In this document: positions 11,955 to 23,704 of the stretch, piece after piece
Position numbering within the stretch: the first letter of the stretch is position 1
Layout of the letters: each line of letters opens with the position of its first letter
Assembly (NCBI GenBank): GCA_010093815.1
Contig: ML996576.1
DNA from: Pseudovirgaria hyperparasitica
Taxonomy: Eukaryota
DNA: 64,000 bases
Reading direction: 5' to 3' (one strand)
The notes under the pieces: model-generated
Database searches by the model: none
What the model saw: only the letters and a program-made list of their open reading frames with translations
What the model was told of the DNA's origin: nothing
Made by a program: the position numbers and the translations under genes

Positions 11955-12640
11955 TACGTGTCCGAATGAACAGGACACCCCAGCACTCGGGACGAGCGAC
12001 GAGACGTTCGCTTCTCCCTGTTACGCCAGGCTATAATGTCGACCGACTACATTGATGCTGTAGGCTTTTCCCCATCTCATCGTTGATAAAGCCTTATATT
12101 ATATGTTCACTGACTAGAGCAGTATCAGACTCGATGAGCATCAAAATGGGCTTGCTACAGTGCAGAGCTTTAAGGTTTTTTATATGGGGGCATTGAGCAA
12201 GTAGGAGACATTTGGCTCGTATATCAGCCAAGAATATAACTGCTGAGCCATGTGTTTAGATTGCTAGTTGTTGAAATGCCAATAAAGTGCTCCACGTGTT
12301 AATCACTCGTAGAATGTTCATTGGACTTGTAATTCTAATGATAGCTTTCGCTCGCCAGATGAACAAATAGGGACTGAAAGCGAATCTAGGCGTGGATCTT
12401 ACGTTCTACAATATTGTGCTACAGGTTAGTCATGTGTCTACTATACCCTAAGGTCGTTCGGTCCGCACCGAATTTGCTTTTGCGTGCATCATATCGGCGA
12501 CCGATGAAGGCACGCATGCTCCGTCTTACCTGATCCTAGAAAATAGCAAGTGTAAAGTCGAGATCTGATCTACATAGTTCTGGCTGAATATTAGCTTCTT
12601 CAATTTTCTCCGTGGTTACATACATGTACTCAATCTTGCA

Positions 12641-13848
12641 ATGAACACCCCGCACGAAGGGGTGGCATTCCTCGGCCCTCGAGCCTCATACACTCATCAA
12701 GTAAGCGGATATTTCTACCCTGGTTTTTCTTCTCGTGCGCACCGTGTTCTATCGATAACCTAGTAGCTTTACTATGTCTTTATCTAGTTTTAGCGTCCTT
12801 GTGCTCCGTTATCTGATACATGAAATCTTGCTAAGCATAGTAGGCTGCACTCAAGGCGTTTTCAGATTCGTCAAAATATGACCTCCAGCCACAGGTATCA
12901 ATTGAAGATGTATTCAAGTCCGTACAATCTGGCTCATGTGCAAGAGGCGTTGTTCCCTTCGAGAACAGTACAAATGGTAGCGTAGTTTTCACCCTGGACC
13001 TTTTCGCGGATGCCCATCAGCGCTATCCTGATATTCTCGTTTGCGGCGAAGTCTATGTGGATGTACACCATTGCTTGGTCGGTCATATGCCAAAAGAGGC
13101 ACATTCTGCTGCTACCACGTCGGCGCTTACCAGTCCCCATAGCAGCGGCCATGCTACGCCTACGGCTGCTCACCCGAGCCCAGCCATCCCGCGGGCCGTT
13201 CCTCTTGTGTCGCTAAAGGGCATCAAAAAGCTGTATTCGCATCCGCAAGCTTGGGGACAGTGCAATGCGTTCCTGACAACCTATTTCAAGGGTATCGAAC
13301 GACAAGATGTCTCATCAACCTCTCGAGCTGCTGAAATCGTAGCTGCCGATACGTCCGGCGAGACGGCTGCGATCAGCAGCGAAATTGCAGCACAGGTACA
13401 CGACCTCGACATGCTTGCAAAGGGAATTGAGGATACAAGCGACAACAAGACACGTTTTTTTGTGTTACGGCGTGGGAACCACTCAGCCCAGAGCAATGGT
13501 GACTCCAATGGTGGAGCAGTTGACACAGACACTCCGGCATATAAGACACTGGTTTCATTCACCATTTCACATAGCGATCCAGGGGCTCTGGCAGATTCTC
13601 TGGCTGTGTTCAAACCTTATAATATCAATTTGACGAGTATCAATGCACGGCCAAGTGGGATTGCGTCTTGGAATTACATCTTCTTTGTGGAGGTGACGGG
13701 TCGCCGGCTAAAAGAAGATACCGGTGCGGTCAATGCTGCATTGCGGGACTTGGAAAAGGTTGCGAGAGAATGGAGATGGTTGGGGAGCTGGGAGAACATG
13801 TTGCTACCAAAATGTCGGCCACTGGGAAAAATTGATGAGGTATCTTGA
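12641..13848 (+). CDS. PHA2: Prephenate dehydratase
   Basis: Exon 1 VAFLGPRASYTHQ, intron 12701-12843, then GVVPFENSTNGSV, LYSHPQAWGQC, SSTSRAA and the NKTRFFVL signature. C-terminal ACT domain (PGALADSL, NLTSINARP). Confidence 0.93.
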
Positions 13849-14240
13849 TGCAGTAGTATGCTGAGAGAAGCAGGGCAGGAATTGATAGACTTACATACGA
13901 AGGAAGCTACTCTGCATCACTCGGCAACTCCTCTAGCAAAGTGAATCGATTCTATAATTAAGAATTCTTTAGTACGTGATCTTGTGTAATTGACCCAAGC
14001 GACCAAGATAATGTGGAGGTTGAAGGTGCCTACAGCTCAGGACGAAGCTTGAGTTGGACCTCCGGCCAGTGACGTCGGCCCGCTAAAAACATAGATCGCG
14101 GCTCCAACGCTGCGAAGCTCATACCTTATGAGGTCGCATTTGTTTTGACAGAGTTAGCGAACCTTGTTTTTAGGGCGATACTGTTTACAGTCCTCGATAT
14201 GTTATAGCACGAACAAAGATCCTGGATCTCAGAAGCAATC

Positions 14241-17200
14241 ATGAATGAAGACGCACACGAACATGGGTCAGCCGTGCGTCGCAGCAGTTCGCTGCAACGA
14301 CGACGAAGCAGCGACGCATATAGAAGAAGATCAATCATGAGCGAGTGAGTGGTTGAGGTCGACTCACTATTGCGATACTGATCGAACATAGAGCTAGCTT
14401 CATGGAAGATGTCGAGATGGCACAAGACGAGGTCCGCATACCGTATGTTACCCTGACTTGTGTCCCATACTGATAAGGTGCTAGATCTTCTCAGGACCTA
14501 TGTCTGAAAGCGTTCCCATGAGCGTGTCTTCCTTCGCGCACCGAACTCGAGCTCGGGCAGACTCTACCATTAGCCAAACGAGCTTTGCCTTCTACGACGA
14601 TGACGACGAACAAGGCTCAGAGATAACGGAGGAAGATGTCTTTGAGGAGGAAGAGAATGGTGATCTGAATGGCAATATGGAAGACTTTGATGGCTATGCA
14701 GAAGAGGGCGAGGATTTAGAAAACGGCCGCCGCCCACATTCGATTCGGCGCAAATCGTCGAACTACTCGAAGCACTCCAGACGGTCCTCCGGATCAGCGC
14801 GCGCGCCATTATTACGATTGCATTCCCGGACGAGTATTGAATCGGGCGATGGGTGGAGAGATGGGAGAGTGAGCCAAAAGATCTACATTGTTACGGAGGA
14901 TCTCACGATAGTCGTTGCTGGGTTCCAGACTTCCATGATCGGATTCGCCATCTACGTCACGATGTGTATATGCACAGGTGGCCTAGCATGGCTTCTATTT
15001 CGTTGGCTACCAAGGTGGTATGTTAAGATCACGGGCTCACCGACTTCATTGAGAGATTGTGACTGGGTTGTCGTTGAAAATCAATGGGGCGAGATGCAGA
15101 TAATACAGATCTCACGGGTAGGCTATGATAAGCCGCTATCCACAATATTTGGTGTACAGGATAAAGATCTTCATGGTGACTATCATGAGGATGATGATCC
15201 CATGGTAAAAGAGCTACTGACTTTGGACTATCGATACATAAGGTTTTGCTTCAATCCCCTCAGAGACAAGTTCATGCTGGGCACGACTTGGAAGGATCCC
15301 TCTTGGACAGAAATCGAGGCTATCCGCGGAGGTCTCGACACTGATGAGAAGGAATACCGCGAGACTTTGTTTGGAAAGAACGTCATAGACATCGAGGAGA
15401 AAACTACCGGACAGCTGCTTGTAGACGAGGCCTTCCACCCGTTCTATGTCTTTCAGATCGCCAGTCTGACTCTTTGGTCTTTGGATGAGTACTACTATTA
15501 CGCAGTGTGTATTTTCGTCATTTCTATCGTGTCCATCACAGCTACACTACTGGAAACCAAAGCGACTATGAGAAGATTGCGCGAAGTATCAAGGTTCGAG
15601 TGCGACGTCCGCGTTCTACGAAATGGCTTCTGGCGTTATGTTGAGTCGAGCGAGCTCGTTCCCGGCGACATCTATGAAATCACAGATCCTAATCTGACAC
15701 AATTCCCATGCGACAGTCTGCTTCTCTCGGGAGACTGCATCGTCAACGAAAGCATGCTTACTGGGGAGTCTGTTCCAGTCTCGAAGATCCCTGCAGTTGA
15801 TGAGACTTTGGCAGCGTTGAACCTTGGAGCAACGGCCATACCGGCGGACGTTGCTAGACACTTGCTCTTCAGTGGCACGAAAATCATCCGAGCTCGCAGA
15901 CCACAGGATGACAAGGACGACGAAGCCGCCGCCATCGCCATGGTTGCCAGAACCGGCTTCAACACCACCAAAGGGGCTTTAGTCCGCTCAATGTTGTTCC
16001 CGAAACCATCTGGCTTCAAGTTCTACCGTGACTCATTCCGCTACATCTCCGTCATGGGTGGTATTGCTGGCATCGGATTCATTGTATCATTTGTCAATTT
16101 TATACACCTCGGCCTAGCATGGCATCTTATCGTGGTTCGAGCATTGGATTTGATTACCATTGTCGTCCCTCCAGCGCTTCCGGCAACTCTCACAATTGGT
16201 ACTAATTTCGCATTGAGTCGACTCAAGCAGAAGAAAATCTTTTGCATCAGTCCGCAGCGCGTCAATGTTGGCGGGAAGGTTGACGTCGTCTGCTTTGACA
16301 AGACTGGAACTTTGACAGAAGACGGTCTCGACGTCTTAGGTGTACGAGTTGCCCAACCTAGCAGGTTTAGTGACATTCTTTCCGAGGCCTCTGATCTATT
16401 ACCAGGAAATCAGTATGAGCGAGATCCTACCGTGGACTATGACATCAACAAGGCTATATTGTACACAATGACAACTTGCCATTCACTGCGAATGATAGAT
16501 GGTGAGCTCATTGGCGACCCTCTGGATGTCAAAATGTTCGAATATACCGGCTGGGTCTTCGAAGAAGGCCAGCAGCGGAACGGCAACATTGATGATGACG
16601 ATCAACACAAACTCTCTCCATCTGTGGCCCGACCACCACCAGGGTCAGAGTACGATATCGATAACAATGAAGGACCTAATCGTACCCCAATTGAGCTCGG
16701 CGTCTTGAAAATTTTCGAGTTTGTATCGCAACTCCGACGAGCCAGCGTCATTGTTCGGCAATTCGGGTCACGCGATGGGAGTGTATTCGTCAAGGGTGCA
16801 CCTGAATGTATGGCCGAGATCTGCAAGCCTGAGAGCTTTCCACCAGACTACGAAGAACTTCTCGGCTACTACACCCACCGTGGGTATCGAGTCATTGCTT
16901 GCGCGACTAAGGTGATACCGAAGATGAGCTGGATCAAGGTCCAGAAGATGAAGCGCGATGAAGCAGAATCCGATCTTCAGTTCCTAGGTTTTATCATATT
17001 CGAAAACAAGCTCAAGCCCACGACAGCGGGCGTCCTTGATGAGCTGACCAATGCTGGAATCCGCAAGGTCATGTGCACCGGAGACAACATCCTTACTGCC
17101 ATCAGTGTCGGCCGTGAATGTAACCTCATCGATAGGACTGCTCACTGCTTCGTACCACATTTTGTCGAAGGCAACTCGGGGACTCCGCTGGCTAAGCTAA

Positions 17201-18426
17201 GTTGGGAGAGTGTTGACAATCCTATCTACACGTTAGATGAACACACCCTCAAGCCACTCCCACCGCCTGCAGAGACTGATGCTTCGCTACCATACGATAT
17301 CACGAATCTGAGGAACTACTCGGTCGCTGTGAGTGGCGACGTGTTCCGATGGATCATTGATTACGCCTCCGAGAAAGTACTCCGCGAGATGCTTGTGTGT
17401 GGGCAAGTCTTCGCACGCATGTCCCCCGACGAGAAACACGAACTTGTCGAGAAGCTCCAAAGTATCGATTACTGTGTCAGCTTCTGTGGAGATGGTGCAA
17501 ATGACTGTGGTGCCCTGAAGGCTGCAGATGTGGGCATTTCCCTCTCGGAAGCTGAGGCATCGGTCGCGGCACCATTCACCAGCAGAGTCTTTGACATTTC
17601 GTGCGTCCCTCAGGTCATTCGCGAGGGTCGTGCTGCACTGGTTACGAGCTTTAGCTGCTTCAAATACATGTCTTTGTATTCCGCCATTCAATTCACGTCC
17701 GTCAGCTTTCTATACGCAAGCGCATCCAATCTCGGCGATTTCCAGTTTCTATTCATCGACTTATTACTCATTCTGCCAATTGCGATATTTATGGGTTGGA
17801 CAGGACCGTACTGGGAGTTGTCTCGCAAACGCCCAACTGCGTCGCTCGTGAGCCGTAAAGTCTTGACACCACTCGTCGGGCAAATCGTCATCACCATCTT
17901 CATTCAGGCTGTCGGGTTCTATTTCGTGCAGCGGCAGCCGTGGTACCAACCTCCTATTCTGGACAAGAACCACTCGAACTCGAAGAATTCCCAAAATACG
18001 ACTCTTTTTCTCCTTTCGTGCTATCAGTACATCCTATTCTCAGTTGTGCTTAGCGTCGGCCCGCCGTTTAGGCAGAGTATGGCTCGCAATTGTTTGTCTT
18101 CTCCTACACCCATAATGTTAGGTGTTTGCTAACAGTCTTTAGTACCTTTCGTCATAACAATAGTTGTAACGATGCTTATTGCATCTTACATGCTATTCGA
18201 TCCAGCCCACTGGCTATACAAGCTGATGGAGCTTACAGATATGTCGCTACAGTTTCAGCTCTTCATTCTTGCATTAGGATTGGGAAACTTTTGCCTTGCG
18301 TATGTGGGTGAGAAATATGTCTTCCCAAATATCGCAAAGGCGATTGGAAAGACGAAGCAGAAGATGAATCCGAAATGGAGGAAGCAGAGGAAGCAGTATA
18401 AATTGATAGCAGAGGGGCAGACGTGA
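14241..18426 (+). CDS. YPK9: P5B-type ATPase (Ypk9/ATP13A2-like, putative polyamine transporter)
   Basis: Motifs PPALP (P5B), DKTGTLT, LTGES, KGAPE, TGDN, FARMSPDEK and CGDGANDCG. Introns about 14345-14391, 14432-14484 and 18092-18142. Confidence 0.93.
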
Positions 18427-18800
18427 GAGGGGTCCTGCGATACACAGTGGAATGAAGGGTTGAGGAGGATGTATATATGAATGCTGACATGTTTATTGTA
18501 CATATTGAGTTTACTATACAGTAGAAATTGGATCGTACATAGCAACAAGTACGTATCATGTGGCGCGAGTTGAGACCGACGGCATTTCCGGATGGTCCTG
18601 GAAGTATGCTGCGGCCGTTCTTGAACCGCCTAAACCAGAAGGATCAGGCTCACATAACGTCGATCTTGTACTTTACAATTCAGACCATGTTAGCTCTCGT
18701 TACGACGTGCATGGTAGTATGTAGTGATGTATAAGGATTATCATGAAGACCTCCCTCTCTATATACATGTGGCTAGCGTGCCTATACCGTCGACCAGCGA

Positions 18801-20430
18801 TCACTTCGTAACCGGAATCTTACACCCCAAATTCTCCCACTGCGGCCCATCGATCGCCTTCAACGCCGCAGCCAACGCCTCCACAGTCGGCGTGACAATG
18901 CCATTCAGACTACTGGGAATCGGACCTGCAATCAGTTGATAGAATAAACAGGCAAAGTCACTCGGCCCCGTGCCGGTGAAGTTGCCGCCCTTGATGTAAG
19001 GCGGGAAGTCCAGCCCGACAAACTGCCCGTTGACGTTGCCCCCGAAGCCCACCGGGTACTGCGTGTACAGCTTGAAGGTCTGCGCTGCGACATCGAGGAA
19101 GGTGTAGGGCGTGGCGCGCGTCGTCCAGTTGTCGGGGATGCGCTCTGGGATATGGCTCCAGGAGCCGTCGCGCTCTTTCTTTGCTCCGAAGCTGTGCGTG
19201 TTAGTGGGAGGAATTCCAACGAGCGTGATTGCAGGAATGGAAAGGAGGGGACGACTTACAATGCGGCAGTGTTCGCGAGCGTGGGTCTGTAGTCCTCGGT
19301 GCCGCTGGGGAACATCTCGTAGACGAACGAGGCGGCGCCATGGGTGAAGATGGCGAGAGGACCAAAGGAAAACTGTGGGTTGCGTGTGCGGCTGTCGACG
19401 TAGCGGTTGTAGCGCACTTTCGCCATGCCGTAGGCGTCGAAATAGCCGCCTGTCGTGTTGACCATCTGGCCGAACAGCGTGCCGTTGAAGCTGAAGTTGT
19501 CGCCGTTGCCGAGGAAGTAGTCGTTGCGCGTGAGCGAGGTGTCACTGTTGGGTGGGCCTTTGTTTAGATTTCTTGCCTTTGAGAGGGAGGATATGGGGTA
19601 CTTACGCCTCGAATTTGTTGTGCCCATCGAGACCCGGTTGGCTGCCGGTCAGGGCCGGGTTGACGGAAGTTCGAGTTGTGGCGTCACAGCCGATAGAGAG
19701 CTTGGAGGTGACGAGATCACCATCAGCGATGTAGATGGAGATAGCAGCGAGGAAGTTGGCGAGGTCGTAGCCCATGTTGTAGGCATTCTGTACGGCATCG
19801 ATGAGTTCGGTATATTTAGTAATACCATCACGAGCAATGAAACCATCTGCTCGATTGTTAGACCAGCATACCTGGGGAGATAGGGCACGGCAGCGAAACT
19901 TCAGTCTTGTAACATTTCAAGCATCGTCTTTCCTGAAGCATCACCAGACTAATGCACCTCGTGCCGCCGAAAGGAGTACGTACGATTTGCAGCAGCGTTC
20001 AAGCCAGGACATGGCCCACGAATATCCGTCGACTTCGGGGCAATGTACTTGTGGTCTTCGTCACCGATCGCTGGAACGAGGTAGCCTCCGAGCCCCCTTC
20101 CAGGAAGACCGTTTTTGGCATAATTATACGGACTAGATCGATCAGCAATCACGTTACTGGGTCTTTTGCACCGATGTGCTCACAATTTGTCATTGACCGG
20201 GACCGCGTCCTTGTGGTCCGGATTGAACGGACAAGTATCCGCACCTCCGGGTTGACCGGGTGCCGGAGTCTGGTCTCAAGTCAGCTTTCTAAGTCGGATT
20301 TCCAAAATTGCTTTCTTGACTATACCTGCTGCCTCTTCAAAAGGTAATGATCCACGCCTGGTTGCTCTGCAACAAACGCCCAACCGGCACTCAGCCCAAC
20401 CAACGACGAGATCGCAAAGACTGCCTTCAT
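18801..20430 (-). CDS. Secreted heme-thiolate peroxidase / unspecific peroxygenase (long type)
   Basis: Signal peptide MKAVFAISSLVGLSAG; proximal motif DIRGPCPGLNAAAN; spliced HNKFEADTSLTRNDY; ERIPDNW. Several short introns, not all resolved exactly. Confidence 0.85.
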
Positions 20431-21284
20431 TTTTTCGAAAGTTCTCTTCCTGTTGGCGGTATGACCAGCTCTGATCGGCGCATGGATAGCATTTAAGGTC
20501 ATTGATTTTTCCTCATGTTCAGCCACGTCCAGAAAGTTTCCTTAGCATTCGCCTCGGTACACGTTTATTATAGTGTAGCCATGTGAATATAAATGGCATC
20601 TTGGGGACGCTTGGGGTATAACGGTCTGCGCTGGTCGCACGTTCATAAGACCGTATTATGCCATATTGGGATATAAGTGTATGTGCTAGCGTGGTACTGG
20701 ACGGGAGCTCCCATGTGGCGTGGGTAATCCCTTGAGATGTCATTGGTCAGCTCTGTCTCAGATGTAGACGACCGAGGCTGCGAGGAGCTTGGCGTGGGAT
20801 TATGGAATCGCGTAGTAATCAGTGATGTGTATGTAGTAGAGGTTTGGTAGCTGATACGAAACGTCTCGCGCGGGGTAAACGTCTCAAGCAGATACGGACT
20901 GCTGCAATGGTGTTGTGGTGTATGCAAGCAGGAGTTTTTGATGTGAAGCAAGGTGCTGAACTACTGCCTGAGGCGAAGTCGTTCCTCGCCTTGACAACCC
21001 CTTTTCGAGGTCTGCATCGAACGGACGCGACGATCATGACACAATGGGACCAGGATCATTAGTGGTAACCGTGGGAAAAGCAGCTCACGAACTGATGCTA
21101 CTTGCATTGGGTGCATCCCAGATATACAGTCAAGAGGAGGCACAGGTTCATGGTCATGATCACCCTACGAAAGGCACGTCCATTTCGGATGTGTGATCCA
21201 TATAAGCTTCCTTTAGTTCAAGGTCAAACTCCAATACCCAAAAAACAATCTAAACTCCGAGTAGCAGATCTTTCCAGTATTCTC

Positions 21285-22595
21285 TCACTCATACCGGTAA
21301 CAGAGGCCACCTGCAGTCGTGCTCATCATATCCCTAACAGGGATCTGAGGGCCGACATCGCCGTAATCCAGAATATCATCCAGCGTAGCCTCAGCACTGG
21401 GCGGACCTGCGTATTGTCAGCTACTGGCACGTACCGTCACTATTTCATACAAAGCAAACTTACGATTGAACCAAGTCAGCGTCCCCGCCAATCCGTTCTT
21501 CCTCGCTTCCCAATCTTGCCCTTGCCATAACGCCCAGATAAGGTCCAACCAGCCATGCAGGAAGACGAACTCCGGTGCCAGTGGACTAACGTAGAAATCA
21601 AGCACAGCGCCTCCGACTGCCGCATGCATAGCGCCATGCGGCCCATCCGGGCTCTCGACATACGGTCTAAACGCCGCAATATCTGGCTGCGCTAGAGTCT
21701 CTGTGATATTAGCCCAGCTCAGGAAGCGCGTCGTCTGGCCAGGCATAAAGTCGCGGGTCAGACAGCGCGGGTTGTAGTTGCGTCCCATCGGGTCATTAGG
21801 AGGCGGATTTCCGGGAGTTACGGGGCCAATGGAGATGTTGAATACGTTTGCGGCAAAGGGACCTGTGGTCACGCAGCCACCACCCGTACCAGGCGGGATC
21901 GTGAACTCAGCGGGCGGATTGCCGTCGTTGGCATCGATGCGGAAGACCTTGGGGGGCGGGTTGGCAAGGTGCTCGCCGTTGCCGCCGAGGGATGTGGAGC
22001 TGCCGTCAAAGAGAGCTGAGCCTGCAATATCGTTCTCCCAGCGCGGAATGTCCCAGTAGGGCTGGTATCCGGTGTACGAGCATTCTTCACGCAGGGCGCG
22101 TTCCCAGACATGGAGGAAGCCACGGTGGAATGGGAGGAAGAGACCCTACTAAGTGTTAGTTGTGAGTCTGTCAAGCTGAGGTTTCCGGATATACTCACGT
22201 TGGCATGAGAGCGTAGGACGACGTTAGCATGCGATGAGGCGAAATCGTCCATCCGATTCCGGTTGCCAGGATGCAATGCCGGATCGGCGCGGGATGGGGC
22301 AGAGTGTAGGCATAGGACGGCGTCGATATAGGCCTTACGTTCTTTCTTGGAGAGTTTGTCCCTAGGGAGAGAGTGTTAGAGAGTGGGTGGGACCCGACAA
22401 AGGTTATGCATACCATGATTTACGAACGGCTATGTTCTTCTCCGTGCATTTCCCAGAAGGAAGAGTTGACTTGACACTGCGAAGATATGTCTTTTGGATA
22501 TCTTTATACTCTGCTGGAGGGTCAATACCCCGAGAGCAGACCGGAGTACACAGAAGCACCGCGACAGTGGCCACAAAGGATATAAGGTTCTTCAT
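21285..22595 (-). CDS. Short secreted tyrosinase / catechol oxidase (type-3 copper protein)
   Basis: Signal peptide and CTEKNIAVRKSW. CuA region DDFASSH..RSH..FLPFHRGFLHVWERALREEC..PYWD; CuB region GPHGAMHAAVGG..FLHGWLD. Ends GLCYRYE-TGA. Three introns. Confidence 0.85.
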
Positions 22596-23704
22596 AGCGA
22601 GTGTAGTCTTAGGCTTTGAGTCTCGAGGGAGGGTTGAGAAGCATGACCACAAATGCCATGATTGTCGAGGTACCTTGGTCCTTCATATAGTCGTAGCTAC
22701 GCCGACTCCCAGGACTCCTCTTGCGACATCCTGATCTGACCTTAAATTTGGACATGACTGACGACACACTATGCCAAGGCGCAACGTATGATCAAGTGAG
22801 CTCACCCTCCAGTCAATAGTCTTCGAAAAAAGTCTTAATTCACGAACGCAGAGGCCCAATGCTGGCCTCGCCAAGCTGGTAATTGCGCAAGCCAGTAGTT
22901 TGTATAGGGGCATGATTAGTTCCCGGGCCGAACACTGATCTCCTCATGGGTCTAATCTCCCCAAAAACTAGTGATGATGGCCTCATGGTTCGAGAGCAAC
23001 CGCTGCTCGCCAAGTACTCGGCATGAGGCTCAGACTCCACGTACCGGCTTCTTCTATGCATGTCAAGCCTTGGTCCTATGTATAGCATGACCAGTAGCGA
23101 GTACGCGGAAGTAAACGCAATGGTTATCTTATGACGAGCTTCTTCTCTCCGGCACGGCTCGCGTCCGTATGGGGAAGGCCCTTGCTTTCCGAAATCCGAG
23201 CAGTATCAAAGTGCGGGGTATTAATATAAAGGAGGGTCATGCCATCAAAAATCGCAGCTTCGTTTCAACGTCATCGAAAGGGCAAACCATATCCGCCGTG
23301 TTTCCAATAAAGTTTTACCAAGGTCTCGGTGTACTCTTAGGTGTTTCCTTTGTTTGTTAGCCAAGTTATGTTGGGGGTGAATGTAGAGATACAAGAGTGG
23401 AAGACAACGAGTGTAGAGTTGCAACAAACGTCTTAAGCCCGAGGAAGTCACTTCATAGAGTACAATGAAAGCGTAGTCTCCATGAACTAGACGGTGTAAA
23501 GAGGAGCACAACGGGGCACATGAAGATAGAAAGTGCTAGCTAATATCTAGCCCAGCCTTCTACCATTCTTATTGCTGCAAGAAAGACGGATCCTGACCAT
23601 GTCTACAACACAGCCATGTAGTCGTGTATGTCACCAGAGGCACCCTTGTCAAAGTCCATCACGCGTGGTTAACGGCTGTACACTCACTTCCATCTTACCT
23701 TTCT

